Source: Catajapyx aquilonaris
Lineage: Eukaryota
Length of the DNA: 45,828 nucleotides
Assembly (NCBI GenBank): GCA_000934665.2
Contig: KZ538826.1
Span: 1 to 45,828, forward strand
Direction: 5' to 3'
The position numbers and the translations under genes are program-made. A model generated the notes under the pieces. It had not been told where the DNA came from. It did no database searches and saw only the letters and a program-made list of their open reading frames with translations. Shown here piece after piece: positions 1 to 12,173 of this stretch (the first letter of the stretch is position 1; each line of letters begins with the position of its first letter).

Positions 1-78
1 GAAATGCATTTTTTTATAGTTATTACCAAATGAAATTTACATACAACAATAATATTTTACACAAAGCCGCAATTAAAC

Positions 79-627
79 TCACAATGTGACCACCAGGATT
101 GTGTCAGGATTGATTGGCGCACAGTTCATATTTACTCTATTCAGGTCTTGTGGTAGGATGGCTATTACTTCGCTGCGTACCTGCAAAGACCCGTGTCGTT
201 TAAAGAAAATTGAACGGAAACGCAGAAGAGTTGTAGCTTCGCACAGAAAACAAGACAATGACACACACAATCCAAAACCCAGGGCATAAAATGGAGACTT
301 CAAGTGAGGCAGTGCGAGGGATTTTGGAGAATTTGCATCGGACGTATAATTTTCCCCCTTGAACAAAGTCATACGCTGGACTTATATGATCCGCTTGTAC
401 CAGACATCCTTGTCGTATTGAAGGATACCGGAATCAATGTATCTCATCACACCGCGTTGCAGAGATTCGATTGTGATTGAGTACTTTACGAGGGGAGAAA
501 TTCCGCTCTTCAAAATCGGTAGTGAACATCGGACCACATGAAGCCGGAAAAATTTATAAACTTTCCTAGCGAACCAATAGGCCGTGTTTGGAATTTTACC
601 ACCTGTATTAGAGCCTACCTCGTCAGT
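79..627 (-). pseudogene. Divergent Ionotropic Receptor (IR, variant iGluR family) C-terminal part (S2 lobe + last TM helix) with an in-frame premature stop
   Basis: One frame runs from 627 to 79, broken only by TAA at 384-382: ...YWFARKVYKFFRLHVVRCSLPILKSGISPLVKYSITIESLQRGVMRYIDSGILQYDKDVWYKRII*VQRMTLFKGENYTSDANSPKSLALPHLKSPFYALGFGLCVSLSCFLCE... This matches the arthropod IR pattern KxS..e.ln..i.rl.esGi and L.l.hlq.aFy.L..Gl.lS...Fl.E. A possible CAG acceptor lies at 605-603. Confidence 0.75.
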
Positions 628-759
628 TTAGCATATGCGTATGTTATTATTATGTGTATTAATAAAAATAATGGCATTTATGTGCATCAAAAGTATTCCT
701 GACAACATTTCATTCAGTGTTAGTGCCAGAACCGCACAGGTTCACCTTTATTTATTAAA

Positions 760-1080
760 CTTAGGCTCAAGTGATCGCAATTAGTGTGAAATGGTAATTA
801 GTGGTGTGTATTGTATTTGGTTAAAAGAATAAAACAGGAAGTTACTCACAGAGAGAAAACAAGCTTTAAAATCCATATCTCAAATTAATATTCTACGGAC
901 TTTGGCAATTCTTGCACCACCAAAGGCCAAACAGAGAACCAATCGGAAAGGAGGAGAAAAGCATTTTTCTAATGGTCAGTCTGCTCTGTATGATGTAAAC
1001 ACTTGTACTTTGATGCTATAAGAACGATACCGGCATCAATTTGTTAAGTAACCATGAAAAAATCCACGATAATTGACATA
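760..1080 (-). pseudogene. Possible frameshifted upstream remnant of the same IR (M1 / pore loop / M2 region)
   Basis: Motif fragments occur in the expected order but in shifting frames: LSWIF / AGIVLIASKY, VVQELPKS + RRILI + IWIL, then FYSF-LTK-IQYTPLITISH*LRS. The last resembles l.SfLT.P.y...I.Ti.eL..S. Several frameshifts and stops are needed. Confidence 0.35.
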
Positions 1081-1144
1081 AATGCAGCTCTCAGGAAGGG
1101 CTATACCTGCCAGCAGAGTGGTTTTTAAAAGCGCGCCTGACGCA

Positions 1145-1340
1145 GGACCAATCGGGGCGAGGGAGGGCGGGGCTCAGGCCGCCTGTCTCTCTAGCCATGT
1201 ACAGTTTGTTAATATGCCACCGGTCCAGATAAACGCGGCGTTTTCGGTAGTACGCTGGCTCATGAGAGACGTAAGCGCGCAAAATTTTTGGAGAGCGCTG
1301 ATTGGATCGCAGCACCCGTGACGCAATCCGTGACGTCATG
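1145..1340. promoter_or_regulatory. CpG-rich cluster of promoter-type motifs (possibly TE-borne)
   Basis: CCAAT (~1148), GC box GGGAGGGCGGGG (1161-1172), inverted CCAAT in CTGATTGG (~1298-1305), perfect CRE TGACGTCA (1331-1338) and a nearby GTGACGCA. Function is not shown. Confidence 0.25.
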
Positions 1341-1961
1341 GAAGTATGGCTAATCGACTAGTATCTACGGCAACCATGTGGCAGGGTCGCCACCTGGTGT
1401 CACACAGTACACGAAATCCCTAGTACCATGACAACACCATAAACCCGCGGTATAAGCAACTTGTGCTGCAGGATCGGCGGGTAGATGGATCCGGCGGTAA
1501 ATGGGAGGGAGAACGGGCCGTTTTAGAACAACCGTAGGTGGCGCAACACTTCTCGCGGTATACCGGAGTCAAAACCCGCCGTTTTCCATATACCGTGACT
1601 GGTGCAACCGGCCCTAAGTCAGCACGTTTTTTTGTACTTTGTAAATGTTAGGGAATTTGAAAAATGATGTATATGTACAGTCAAAAGAGGGGTCGATTGG
1701 GTGTTGACTTGTGTGAGTAGACATGGAAAAACCTTCTGTAGGCCTATATGACTGGGTTACCGGCCTTTGATTCTGGATTTCAACAAATTCCACCTAGGCC
1801 TAGTCCCTGACCGAAGTATTCCATCGGAGCGCAGTGCGTTCAAATTCTAGCAGCCGCAATAAATTCCAAACTAGAGCATTATGCAAGGTACCGTTAAATA
1901 AATTGCACTAAAATCGATATAGTTTAATGGAACTGTTAAAAAGAGAAATCATATGCTTTCC

Positions 1962-2200
1962 TCAGTCTAAGTTTACTAGTTTAGTGTAGGCTAACGTCGC
2001 CAGTGCAAGTGAATTATCGGATGCCTGGAATATATGGGACTGAACACACATCCAGTATACACAGTGAACTGCAGGTAGCTCTTGCAAAGTTGGTACAAGT
2101 GCAAGTGACTTGCGCCAATTCTGTAAGCAGATAATAGAGTCCCCCAAGGCCTTGAGAGCCAAAATTGCTCCAAAATGGAACTCCATCAATGGCTATTGGC
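1962..2200 (-). mobile_element. Decayed hAT transposase C-terminal dimerisation-domain remnant
   Basis: Frame-shifting translation gives IDGVPFWSNF...LYYLLTELAQ / LQELPAVH / CVFS / ASDNSLALATL...VN. This resembles hATC FW...y..L..lA...l.lP.S.a..ERvFS...RN.L...tL. Confidence 0.4.
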
Positions 2201-2827
2201 CTCTCCTTATCGCTCCTTCCTCTTAAACATTTCCAATTTTGAAAATGGTCCCATTTACTGCACATTTTCCCGCGCCTCCAAAATTTATTGACCCTGCAAG
2301 CGAATATGTCGGCCAAGCACCACGCCCTATTTTCTCAGGTGCAGGCATTTCTGGGCAAAACTCATTAACACTATTGCTTTTGACACTCCCTTGGTTTAGG
2401 ATGGCGATATATTTAATTGAAATTTAACTAGTAGAAACATGTCACTTCCACTAGGTTAATTCCAGTGGAATTGGATTTAAAGTAGATGAAGCTTAAAGCG
2501 ATATTTCAGGTACTTTTCATTAACTTTCTTTTAAAGCTCAACTTTTGTCACATGAACAATAACCTCATCCATTACATCTCCCATGTTACTAAAGTTATAT
2601 CCACCTGCTTAACATTAAAGTAGGTCCACGAATTAAAACAAATTGCCTGTGTGGCCTCGCTTATACGGAGCCAAATCCTCCAATTATGTTATATACATAT
2701 TTGAACCAACAGAGAGTTTAAGTTTTCCTCGTGCCTGGATGAGAAAATTTGAATTTCTTATTTTGACATTATTTTCTATCTTATAACTTACTTGGTTGGT
2801 ATCTAATGATGCAAGAATCTGAATTCA

Positions 2828-2898
2828 GGGCTCCACCGAGAATTGAACTCGGACTGCTGGATACATGATCCAGAGTGCTGCCATTACACTATGGAACC
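2828..2898 (-). tRNA. tRNA-Gln-derived sequence, probably a pseudogene; anticodon loop TCATGTA (nominal anticodon ATG)
   Basis: The minus strand reads GGTTCCATAGTGTAATGGCAGCACTCTGGATCATGTATCCAGCAGTCCGAGTTCAATTCTCGGTGGAGCCC, close to the metazoan tRNA-Gln body. Acceptor (one G-U), anticodon (CTGGA/TCCAG) and T (CCGAG/CTCGG) stems all pair. U33 is lost, the D-loop is 1 nt short and no oligo-T terminator follows. Confidence 0.8.
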
Positions 2899-3064
2899 TC
2901 TTAAACAGTTTCATTCCATCATGATCGAAGATTTGTTCATTCTATACTCATATAATTATCTATAATCTCATTACAAGCGATCGTTTCAATTATATATAAA
3001 ATGCGATTCTGCCTAAGTACGAAGATTAGCTACGGTACTGGAAACAAAACATGTTTCTTCTTAC

Positions 3065-3230
3065 CTGGGGTGGTGAGGAAGGTAGCGATGATGATGACGT
3101 TGGCAACAATGACGGCGACCGAGATGAGGAGGACGACACCTGCCTGGGCCAGGGCAGCGATGGTGACTGGTACACCTTCTGAGCCGCCATCGCTGAGGAT
3201 AATCATGGGACCGTCACTGGCCAACAGCAT
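3065..3230 (-). CDS. First coding exon of a class A (rhodopsin-like) GPCR: short N-terminus + TM1; resembles arthropod orphan GPR21/GPR52-like receptors
   Basis: ATG at 3230 with an in-frame TGA seven codons upstream. Translation MLLASDGPMIILSDGGSEGVPVTIAALAQAGVVLLISVAVIVANVIIIATFLTTP(G) gives a hydrophobic helix with the conserved TM1 Asn (AN). Codons are GC-rich and the exon ends at a canonical donor CCAG|GTAAG (GT at 3064-3063, phase 1). No TM2-TM7 exons were found in the window. Confidence 0.8.
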
Positions 3231-4212
3231 GCTTACCTCCTCCTCTTCTCAACAACACCTGTCACATAATGGAACATTACTTTGGCAAGTTCCTGTCCGC
3301 ATACCCGAAAGTGGGCGGGCGGAATTACTTGGACCTCGGAATTCTTGAGCCCTACTCACGAAGATGCCTTTATGGCCTGGTTCCTGTAGCGGCAGTCTAG
3401 TCACCGGTTCCTAGTTGTTCTTTTTTGCAGACACGACGAAGTTCTTTACATAAATCCCTGCTTTAGTGGAATTTCTGAATGTGATGGTTCTTCAGGGCGA
3501 GGCATCATTCCTTAAATATAGCTATGGGACATGTCCTGACTTACAAGGACGTTTTGGTTCATGGGTACAAACCCGTTCTCATTAGCGCCTGAATTGTGAG
3601 ATTTGTACATAAAAGATGGTCGTATGCTGTTTGAGCTGGAAGATGGGTTAAAATTGTAATCCTTCACGCTTTCTATAAAGCAAGTCGATAAGTGAACCAT
3701 CAATTTTAACTACATGCCCTGTGCTATGACAACATTTACTTCAAATCATGACAGATGAATCAAGAGCTACTTTTCAAAATGAGAAAGAACATTTCCCAAC
3801 TTCTTCCTCTGAAGCATTGGCAGAACTTGATTCGTAAGTCATCTATTTTGTACATGAAGCACTGCCCATCTCCGTCAAACGCGCACTGAATCGTGCAGGG
3901 TATGAATTATTCAAAGGCACAGCCTACAGAGTTTCTTTTTGAACACCATAGAATTTCTGATGCAAAGCACGCGAAGTCAACTGCTGAAGAGCTGCGCCTG
4001 GGTCGGTGACCTAAGCTGGGGTGCTCTGGACGGCGACACGCTCTTTCTTGATGGACACTGACGGTTGTCCCGCGATATCGCAATCAAGTTCTCACCTGGT
4101 TTCTAATAAGCTGATGAACTCCTGGGCTCTGGGACCAGACATGATCAAATCCACTTTGGACGTCAACGAGACTCGTACAGCCCAACATGGGAAGATCCGA
4201 TTCTAGTATTGT

Positions 4213-4235
4213 CCTGAAAATAAACGGAAAAAAGG
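4213..4235 (-). other. Candidate 3' splice site opening a long 5'-UTR/coding exon of the GPCR
   Basis: The minus strand reads CCTTTTTTCCGTTTATTTTCAG|GAC, a strong polypyrimidine tract plus CAG. It would define an exon of about 1.15 kb (4213-3065). Inference only. Confidence 0.35.
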
Positions 4236-7200
4236 CACCGTTACTTTTTGTGGTACTTTGCATAGAAAACATTATTATATATTGTTTAATTACATCATAT
4301 TGAAAATTCACTTGTCAGTAGACTATATTGAAACGAATGATAATAATGATATCAACACCTATTTATGTGAATGTAGATATTGTACTGCAATCACTTCCAT
4401 TTCTGTCAACTAGTACGTTCACCTGCACGTATATGACTTATGGAATTGTTAGTCCCTCTCTCCCCAAGGTCTTCAAGTTAAACTTACTTATCAAACTCAA
4501 CCTAATAGCTTGATGGCTAATTCAGGGATACTAAAGGCAATGCCATAAATATAAATCACTAATAATGACGTAATGGTTCCGTAACTCTCCTGTTTTATTT
4601 ACGTCCTTTAAATGGACATTACATCACTGCAGACCATATGCAGCAGAACAGCAGGTTCACATTACGTAAGATTCGTGTAACCATATCCCCGCCCAGGCTA
4701 TATAATGTCAGGCTATCACCTGAATGCGGGAAGCCGGCAAGCAGTAAAAATCAAATCACAAAGCGCCAGCATTACATCCGAGGGTATAGGTTGGCAAGTC
4801 TGAGGCTGCTCACTCACTCCCGGATGAATATGGGAAACTTTTACCAACTGCAGAATGACGCCACACACACACTCACAAATATCCCCCCCACATTCAATCG
4901 CTCATGCGATCCGGCGATAGCTGCAAGTGACCCTTTGCCCTAGCTCACGGAATCCGGTTTGAATATTTCAAAGCGGAGCAGCATTAGACTTACAAAACAC
5001 CCCTTCAATATTCCGGAAAAGTTCCTCTCAAGACTGCACGCCACCTAACAACTCACCTAACAAAACAGTCCGGCAGACGACATGTCGGATGACAGACACG
5101 TCTATTCCGGCTTGTAATCGACTACAGGATGCAATATTGTTTGGAAACATCAAAGTGGTAGCCAGTGTGTTTGTAAAGTACTCAACCTGTTCCCGCAGGA
5201 AACGAGCTGAAACACCGCGTCGCACAGCGACTATGGCGTTTGATTGGTGCTTTCATTCAAGGGAGCGACCAATTATTCTCTCCCATCCCTCCCTCTCTTT
5301 TTGTAGAGGATCTATTACGGATAGTACACCCTATTTCTAGTCAAGCGTCGGGGAAATGAAAGAAAAGTCCGGAGGAAGGTTGCAGGGATGGAAATCGATA
5401 CGCGACATTCTCCTGTCGCTCAATAATTTTCGCATCATATTCCTACCCTCGAAAATTGCACTAGCACTGGATATCTCTCAATTTATCGCCGGCTAGTGTC
5501 TCAGTGTGTGACATTGCTCAAAATAAATAAGGTGCAATAAAGCATAAACATTCACACTGCGTCATCCGTACCACTGCGCCTCGCCACATTTTCCCCAATG
5601 GTACCAATATTGTATATGGATTCCATTCTAAACGGCTCCTGTTTGTTTCTCCATTGTGATTAGGAAATGAAATGGCTTCAGCTACTGGTCCTAATTTCTG
5701 TGGCCACAAACTGAAATCCTGGCGCTTCAAATGTGGCGGCCTAGTAAAAAAAAAGTTGACGCATTTTCTGAAGACTATTATCCCAAGAGTTTCTATGCTC
5801 CTTTTACTTGCCTCTCAAAGTCACGTCCCTCGGACTATACGGTCTTTCTTCTGAAATCCGATTCAAACTTTTGCCACCATCGTTTACGGCAAAAAGTACT
5901 TTCCACTCAAAATAAGTTTGTCCATGACAAAAAAAAAGAGAAAGCGATAAAACTTCCTCAGACCTTACTGAGACTGAACAAAACCCGCCAGCCTTATACT
6001 CGAAAAGGACATGATCGCGGTGAAGGGAAACCGTACCACTACATTTGGTTTTGATGTACCCTTTATCTCGTCATGCTCGGTTGGCTCCTGCACTGTAAAT
6101 GAGCGGTATGTAGCTAGGGACAAACGGTTCCCATTTTCTTGGAAACCGTTTCGCAGTGCTTCCAACTCTATCGGTCATTATGACCCCCACCACTCCACCC
6201 CCAACTCTCTTCCTCTCTTCCCTTTTCGCTAGCACCATCAAAAGTACACTATACTCGTACTAACCTATTCAGGTAAGGAAAGCGCAACATTAGCAGTGGA
6301 ACTTTGCTAATGCTGGCCTGAAAAGTCACTGCACAATATTCAAATTATAACTTAAGGGCACAATTAGGCACAAATTAAATTTGCGTGTTACGGTTGGGTG
6401 TACTGCACGTGAGGACCAAAACAACTGCAACGTGAGGCCCCGCTGCATTATTCATGCATGCCGTGTATGTAAATTAGTAATTAGTTTCTGGCGTTTAGGC
6501 TCTTTCCTTGAACAAGCCTGCAGGAAGTCTTGTCTGTCCGCTTCTGGATGCTAGTGAAGGGTCCTCTGGATAACGGGAACTGTTCGATGCGATTGGGTTT
6601 CATAACTGTAGCTAATTGTTACTTTTAGTAGTGATGGGACGAAAATAATGTAACGCTTAAAATAGCGGAGAAAAAGTAAGAACTACTTATTTCTGTAGCG
6701 AATACAAAAAAAACGAATACAAAATATGGGTTATACTCGCCGCCCTAGGGGCAGGGTTTATATTCCTCCTGATGCCTGCACACTGCTGAAGGCGAGCAAA
6801 ATCCAGTGACGTTATTTAACCGTAATGATTTTAATATCCTCTCTAGTGTACTCAGTAAGAGTCACATCTGTCGCCAGTCTGGCCGTCTGAATGGAAATGT
6901 TCAATTAAATTAAAAGGATGGTAAGATTTAATAAATTCGAAATGAGCGATAAAAATATTGAAGAGCTCTTTTGGTCTACTTTTCAGTCAAGACTCATTTT
7001 TAGAGAAAAACTGGGGAAATACACAAATACTGAAACTCATAGTATTGATCAATATGACTGTACAATTCTTGATGGGATCAAAACCCTTGTTCATGAATTG
7101 GATTGGATTGTTTATAAAATAGGCAATCACTGACTGGGATGGCGACCATTGGCTCAAGGGAACCTGCACTCAGTTTTGATTCAAAATACGTATGTAGGCC

Positions 7201-9283
7201 TACTGTATTATTAGATGCGACAATGAGCATTGCAGAGTGGAAAAGGTCTGTCGCTATAATCTGTCACATTGTCCAGTATGTTCATATTGCCGTTACATAA
7301 GGACTCCATTTCTGTAAGTTATCACAAAGGACTTTATTTACTCTAGAATCTAACAATACATATTAGTCCTAATATCAGTCTGGAGGAAACTTTTTTGACA
7401 TGTACTGCAGCAAGAATGTCGTCGCAACGACTCAATCCATCTTTTAATATAAGATATGACTAATATCTAAAGGGGCTTCTTGTAAGAAGTCTTCCTTACG
7501 AGAGAGTAACGTACTGCAAAGGCCTGAGAGTCAGCCGGCAGCTGCTTGTCACCTCGCCCTATTAAAACGTCTCTCATGAGGCACTATTTTTCTTGCTTCC
7601 AAACTAGAAGTCATACCAGTCTGCAAGATATCTAATCCTGCCTAGCCGAGGGCCACAGTGACATGCAGTATTGAAAAAGCATCTTCTCCAGCTAACGCCA
7701 CTTATTTGACAATCACGCTACATTTGTCATGTTGACACGACACGACTACACCCGTCAGAACTTAGGTGGGTCGGAAAAGTAACTTGACATATTATGGACA
7801 CGAAAAGACGCGCCTTTCCGTTGCATAAAATTTCAATGACGCCTCGTGTGAGCATATGTATGCTCCTACTAAAACTGAGAGAAATTTATTTTAGTAATTT
7901 TATCCGCAATTTTTAGATATTATTGGCATCTTTAAACTGCTGTTGAATAATTTTTATGAACAATATCTCGCGTTACATTGTACCCTATCATATAACCCAT
8001 TATCATTATTCGTGCTTAAATAATGACTGCTGAACTGTGCTTACAAAATTAACGTATTCCTAAAAAGCCTAGGGCTTAACTGCTGAATGCCTGTATTACC
8101 TCCTAACTCTGGGTTGATCAGTTTCCTCTGAAACGATAATCCGAGAACTCTGTAACACACAACAAGCTAAACTTTATTGCTTAATTCAAACTAGCCACTA
8201 CCTTCTACGCACAAGTTAGGAAGGACAAAGCATGTTATGAGAGCATGTTATCATGATCGTCACTACACTGGGTGTCTCACAATAATTCAGACAAAAGTCT
8301 AGAGAGACCAAATAACAACTTTATGCGGAGGTGTCATTTGGTCACCTCAGACCCAAAACGTCACGCTCAAAGTTTGTCTTAATCGTTAACAACACTCTGA
8401 AGAAGGGACACACAGGTTTGAGGGACAGCTTATTTTAATCCCGTATTTTCCCAGCAATACCGGGCTGAAGAACATACCGTAGAATAGCATACACCCTACA
8501 GGGCTACAGAATGTGGCCGCTCTTCGTATCCTGGAAGTCAGGCTAACCGGCGCACAAATGAGTCGAAAAGGTTGCCCTTCAGTGTCAGGATGAACCTCAA
8601 TAATGACCACTTTCGAAAATACTGTATAGACTACCGTATTTACTGTAATGGCAATGGTAATGGCTCTTGAAGTCTGTCGGGTACTAGCGACTCGCCATTT
8701 TTTTGCACTATCATAAGATGCCTTTGAAGCAGTTTCTTCCTGACCTTTACTTTAATGATTACTGGCAGTATTATATAACTTACCAGGCCTACTCGAGTCA
8801 TGGTGACACCATTCAATCACCTTCCATATCATCCTTATTTCTTCGCCATATTTTAATTTGTACTGAACGAATAGCCTTGGAACATTCTGATCTAAATTAT
8901 TGGTATCCTACGAATAGGGCCTAGAGATATACTGTATAAGTTTGTATCAAACTTGGCACTGAGGTATTGCTCAGACCATGCTGGTCATCGTGTTTGGGCC
9001 AAGGGGGTAACTAGTCCTCAAAAAAGTGCAATGTAGTACACTAGGCCGGTTCCACAGGGACCCTTATACACCGGTTCCACGAAGTGATTACCCCTTCTGT
9101 TTGGACATATCATTGCTCACTACAATATATTTGTAAGTTTTTCCCCAAATTTTGTAGACTCTCCCATAATGTTTTACGGAAAACACAAGAGTATTCTTCT
9201 CTTAAAATTGGTGTCCAGTATTTGAGGTACCACGCTGATATATTTTCCGAACACCCTGTGTAATAGTAGTAATATTATTATTG

Positions 9284-9369
9284 ATAACAATAACAATAAT
9301 AACAACAACAACAACAATAATAATAATAATAACAATAACAATAACAATAACAATAATAATAATAATAAC

Positions 9370-9412
<43 letters not shown>
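9284..9412. repeat. Compound (AAT/AAC)n microsatellite
   Basis: Directly visible trinucleotide run followed by a few CAG units. It explains the poly-Leu ORF 9174..9425. Confidence 0.97.
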
Positions 9413-9413
<1 letters not shown>

Positions 9414-9853
9414 CAGCAGCAGCAAAGCCCGGAGAAAATATCAGTTAATGTTTAAAGCCTACATCCAAATAAACTTGTACGACTCTGGAAAATGCATACA
9501 AATGTACCAGTTGACAAGCTGCCATATTTTTCAAGTGACACTTTCCGGAAGAGTTCGCCGCATGCTAAAACACGCATAAAACCACTCGTACATGTTTGTT
9601 TGTCTTTACAGGGACTCGATACCCTCCACAACTATCAACACAACGTGCCATCAATTACACAAATCCACCATTCAATCAAATCTAACGTGAAACAGAGCCG
9701 AGTGCAGGAAATTCCTTGTAAAGGCATCAAAAACTCCTGTATCAGTAGATTGCTGCATAATTATCGCTAATGACTAAGCCCAAACATGGCCCTAAAATAG
9801 CACGGAGAAAATTCGTTTCCAACGCCAGCATAGAGCGGCGCGATAGGTCCCCC

Positions 9854-9875
9854 NNNNNNNNNNNNNNNNNNNNNN
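9854..9875. other. Assembly gap (22 N) inside a poly-C tract
   Basis: An N run flanked by C homopolymers. Single Ns also occur at G/C tracts near 12580 and 28848. Confidence 0.98.
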
Positions 9876-11939
9876 CCCCCCCCCCCTTTCCCTTTCCCTT
9901 TCCCTTGACGACCCTGTAGATGACTCCCGTTCTGAAAAGTCTGCAGCGAGTCAATTATACGAGGAGGCGCCCAAAATGAGGGATCCGGGCATTGAGTAGC
10001 GGCCATAAATCGCAGTCGCAGGCAGAGAAATATGACGCCAAGACGCTATTATTGAGCACGTCATAATTATTAGGCATGCAGGCAGCTCAGCTATGGCATC
10101 TTAATGAGCCGCCATTAGTTCCTTCCTCCTCCCGTCCCCTCCCCTCCCCCGTTCCTCTTCCCTCTTCCGAAAGTGCATGCAGACTTTCCCCTTTGCACTG
10201 GGTCGGCCATCATCGCCCAGGATGGCCTCCTCGCATTATGTGAAAAATGAGGGAATTATGTCCGATCCAAGACTCGGAGGGTGAGGCAGGTGGGCGCGAA
10301 GAGCGCTTCCCTAATCACTTTACATCCCCGCTTACATCATTTCACTTTCACGCACACCATCAATTCCAGGTTCTGCTGCTAAGCTCCAGGCTGCTTCTGG
10401 ATAATATGGCCGGTGGAAAAGACACTCTGGCCATAACAGGTATAGCGTGGGATGTAATGGGGTGGCACGTGCCGATGCAAGAGGACCATCAGTGATCGTA
10501 TCCATAATGGTACTCGGTAGCAGAAGGTTGAATGGTATCAGCATAATTATGTTTATTCAGTGGTCTTGATTGCTCCTGCGCAAGGTGAATATAGGACGAC
10601 AATAATGTGGAGTATCTGAGCATACTTCTCTAAAAAATGCTGTATGAAAATGCGAATGTCATAAAATTTCTCCGTATAAAAAGGCAACAATACAGTTGCC
10701 ATACAATAAATGGCCAAATGTGAATAACAAATATCTAGTTCCGAAAATAGTAACCACTATAATTAAGTCATTAATATGTGCTCTTAATTTCTGGAATATT
10801 TTGCCCCAATTTACATGGTGACGCACTAGAGGTTGACACTACACCCAACACACCTACAAAAAAACATCAATTTTTCACACTTGAACCCTCTTCTCAGATG
10901 CTCCATATTTTGCCTAGGACAAGATATAAGATAATTGATATAAGTTCAAATGAACACTGCACGTTGACGTGGCTAAGGGCGTCTTTTAAGATCAACTCCT
11001 GAGTCTCCGTCCTATATACTTTTAAAATATGGTTTGGCCTGACCAAACCTAGCCTACATCGATGGCCCTGTAACCTACGGTCTCAATAGATCAAGTTGAG
11101 CTGAATCTGACCAGACGATCAGAACCCGACCGCGCGGCCTGACAGCTTGTCAACCACCTTCTTTCTGAGAGCTAAATCGAATTTTGGTAGAGCCTCAAGG
11201 TATACCCATAGGATAGCACTCGATTTAAAAATAGTTATGAAATCCTGATAAGCAGTCCTACTAATTAAAAGGTCTTGAGCCCAGGGGAAACTGGAAAACC
11301 GCATTAGAATCTCCCAGAGCCTGTAATTATGCTAAGCGATTTTTAAAACTTTAAGTACAATATGAGGCTTACAGCCGGATGAATGAAAATGTATTAGATA
11401 TTGCCTTATTGTAATATTCTGCAATAATGGCGTCAAAATTAAAAGCTGTATTAAAATTTTGTACTTTAAAATAAAAATTAAAACATGCGCGACTATCTCA
11501 TATACACCCGTCAGATAATATTTAACTTCAGAATATCAAAAAGTTAAATACACTGTACAACAAAGTAGACTGCCTTGTCTTAGCATGATCGTTTACTTAT
11601 GGTACTTTTATGCCATGTTATTAAATCAGCGACATTTTGGCACCACTGCTCATAATTAAACATTTACCAGCGGAAAGTTACTTTAAGGAGTAAGTTGTCA
11701 TTTTATTATTAGGCTGAATGGGCATATCCTTTATAAACCAGAGAGAATATCTAACGACAAAAAAATTGGTTAACGGTTAACTATACTGATTGTGAACTTG
11801 TATGGCAATGTTTCATTCCCAATGTCATAAGGCTGGAAATACATATGATATTCTGACCGTTCACGTATTTTAAAATTATGATTATTGTAGAGAATATTAT
11901 TTTTCACACAACGTTCCTCTCAGCAAGTTACCCATCTCA

Positions 11940-12173
11940 TCTATATAAATAAAGCCGTTTGTGAGTCTGTCAGTCTGTCCGCCCACCAATGCCATCTGTG
12001 GTCCTACTCCAACACCTCCCACCTCTACCGTCCTTCCCAGTTCCCACCCGTCCTTCCTAAAAGTGTCAGGGTGGCTCTCTATGCGTGAAAATTTTGACTG
12101 GGCTACAGCCTACAGGTAGGTGTTATCCCTTCATTCATTTTTCTTCCCGGGCAACGCCGGGTTCCGCAGCTAG
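11940..12173 (+). mobile_element. Non-autonomous Helitron (~234 bp)
   Basis: 5' end A|TCTATATAAATAAA; GTCTGTCAGTCTGTCC microsatellite-like stretch; GC-rich hairpin CCCGG-GCAACG-CCGGG (12146-12161) 8 nt before the terminal CTAG|T. Inserted between A and T with no TSD. Confidence 0.85.

Noticed and set aside
3030..3064. C-terminal tail KKKHVLFPVP of the 66-aa ORF as a complete small protein
   Set aside because: It lies past the canonical GTAAG donor and is best read as intron.
3001..3348. 115-aa plus-strand ORF
   Set aside because: It is the antisense shadow of the GC-rich GPCR exon.
9174..9425. Poly-Leu 83-aa ORF resembling a membrane peptide
   Set aside because: It is the reverse-strand translation of the (AAT/AAC)n microsatellite.
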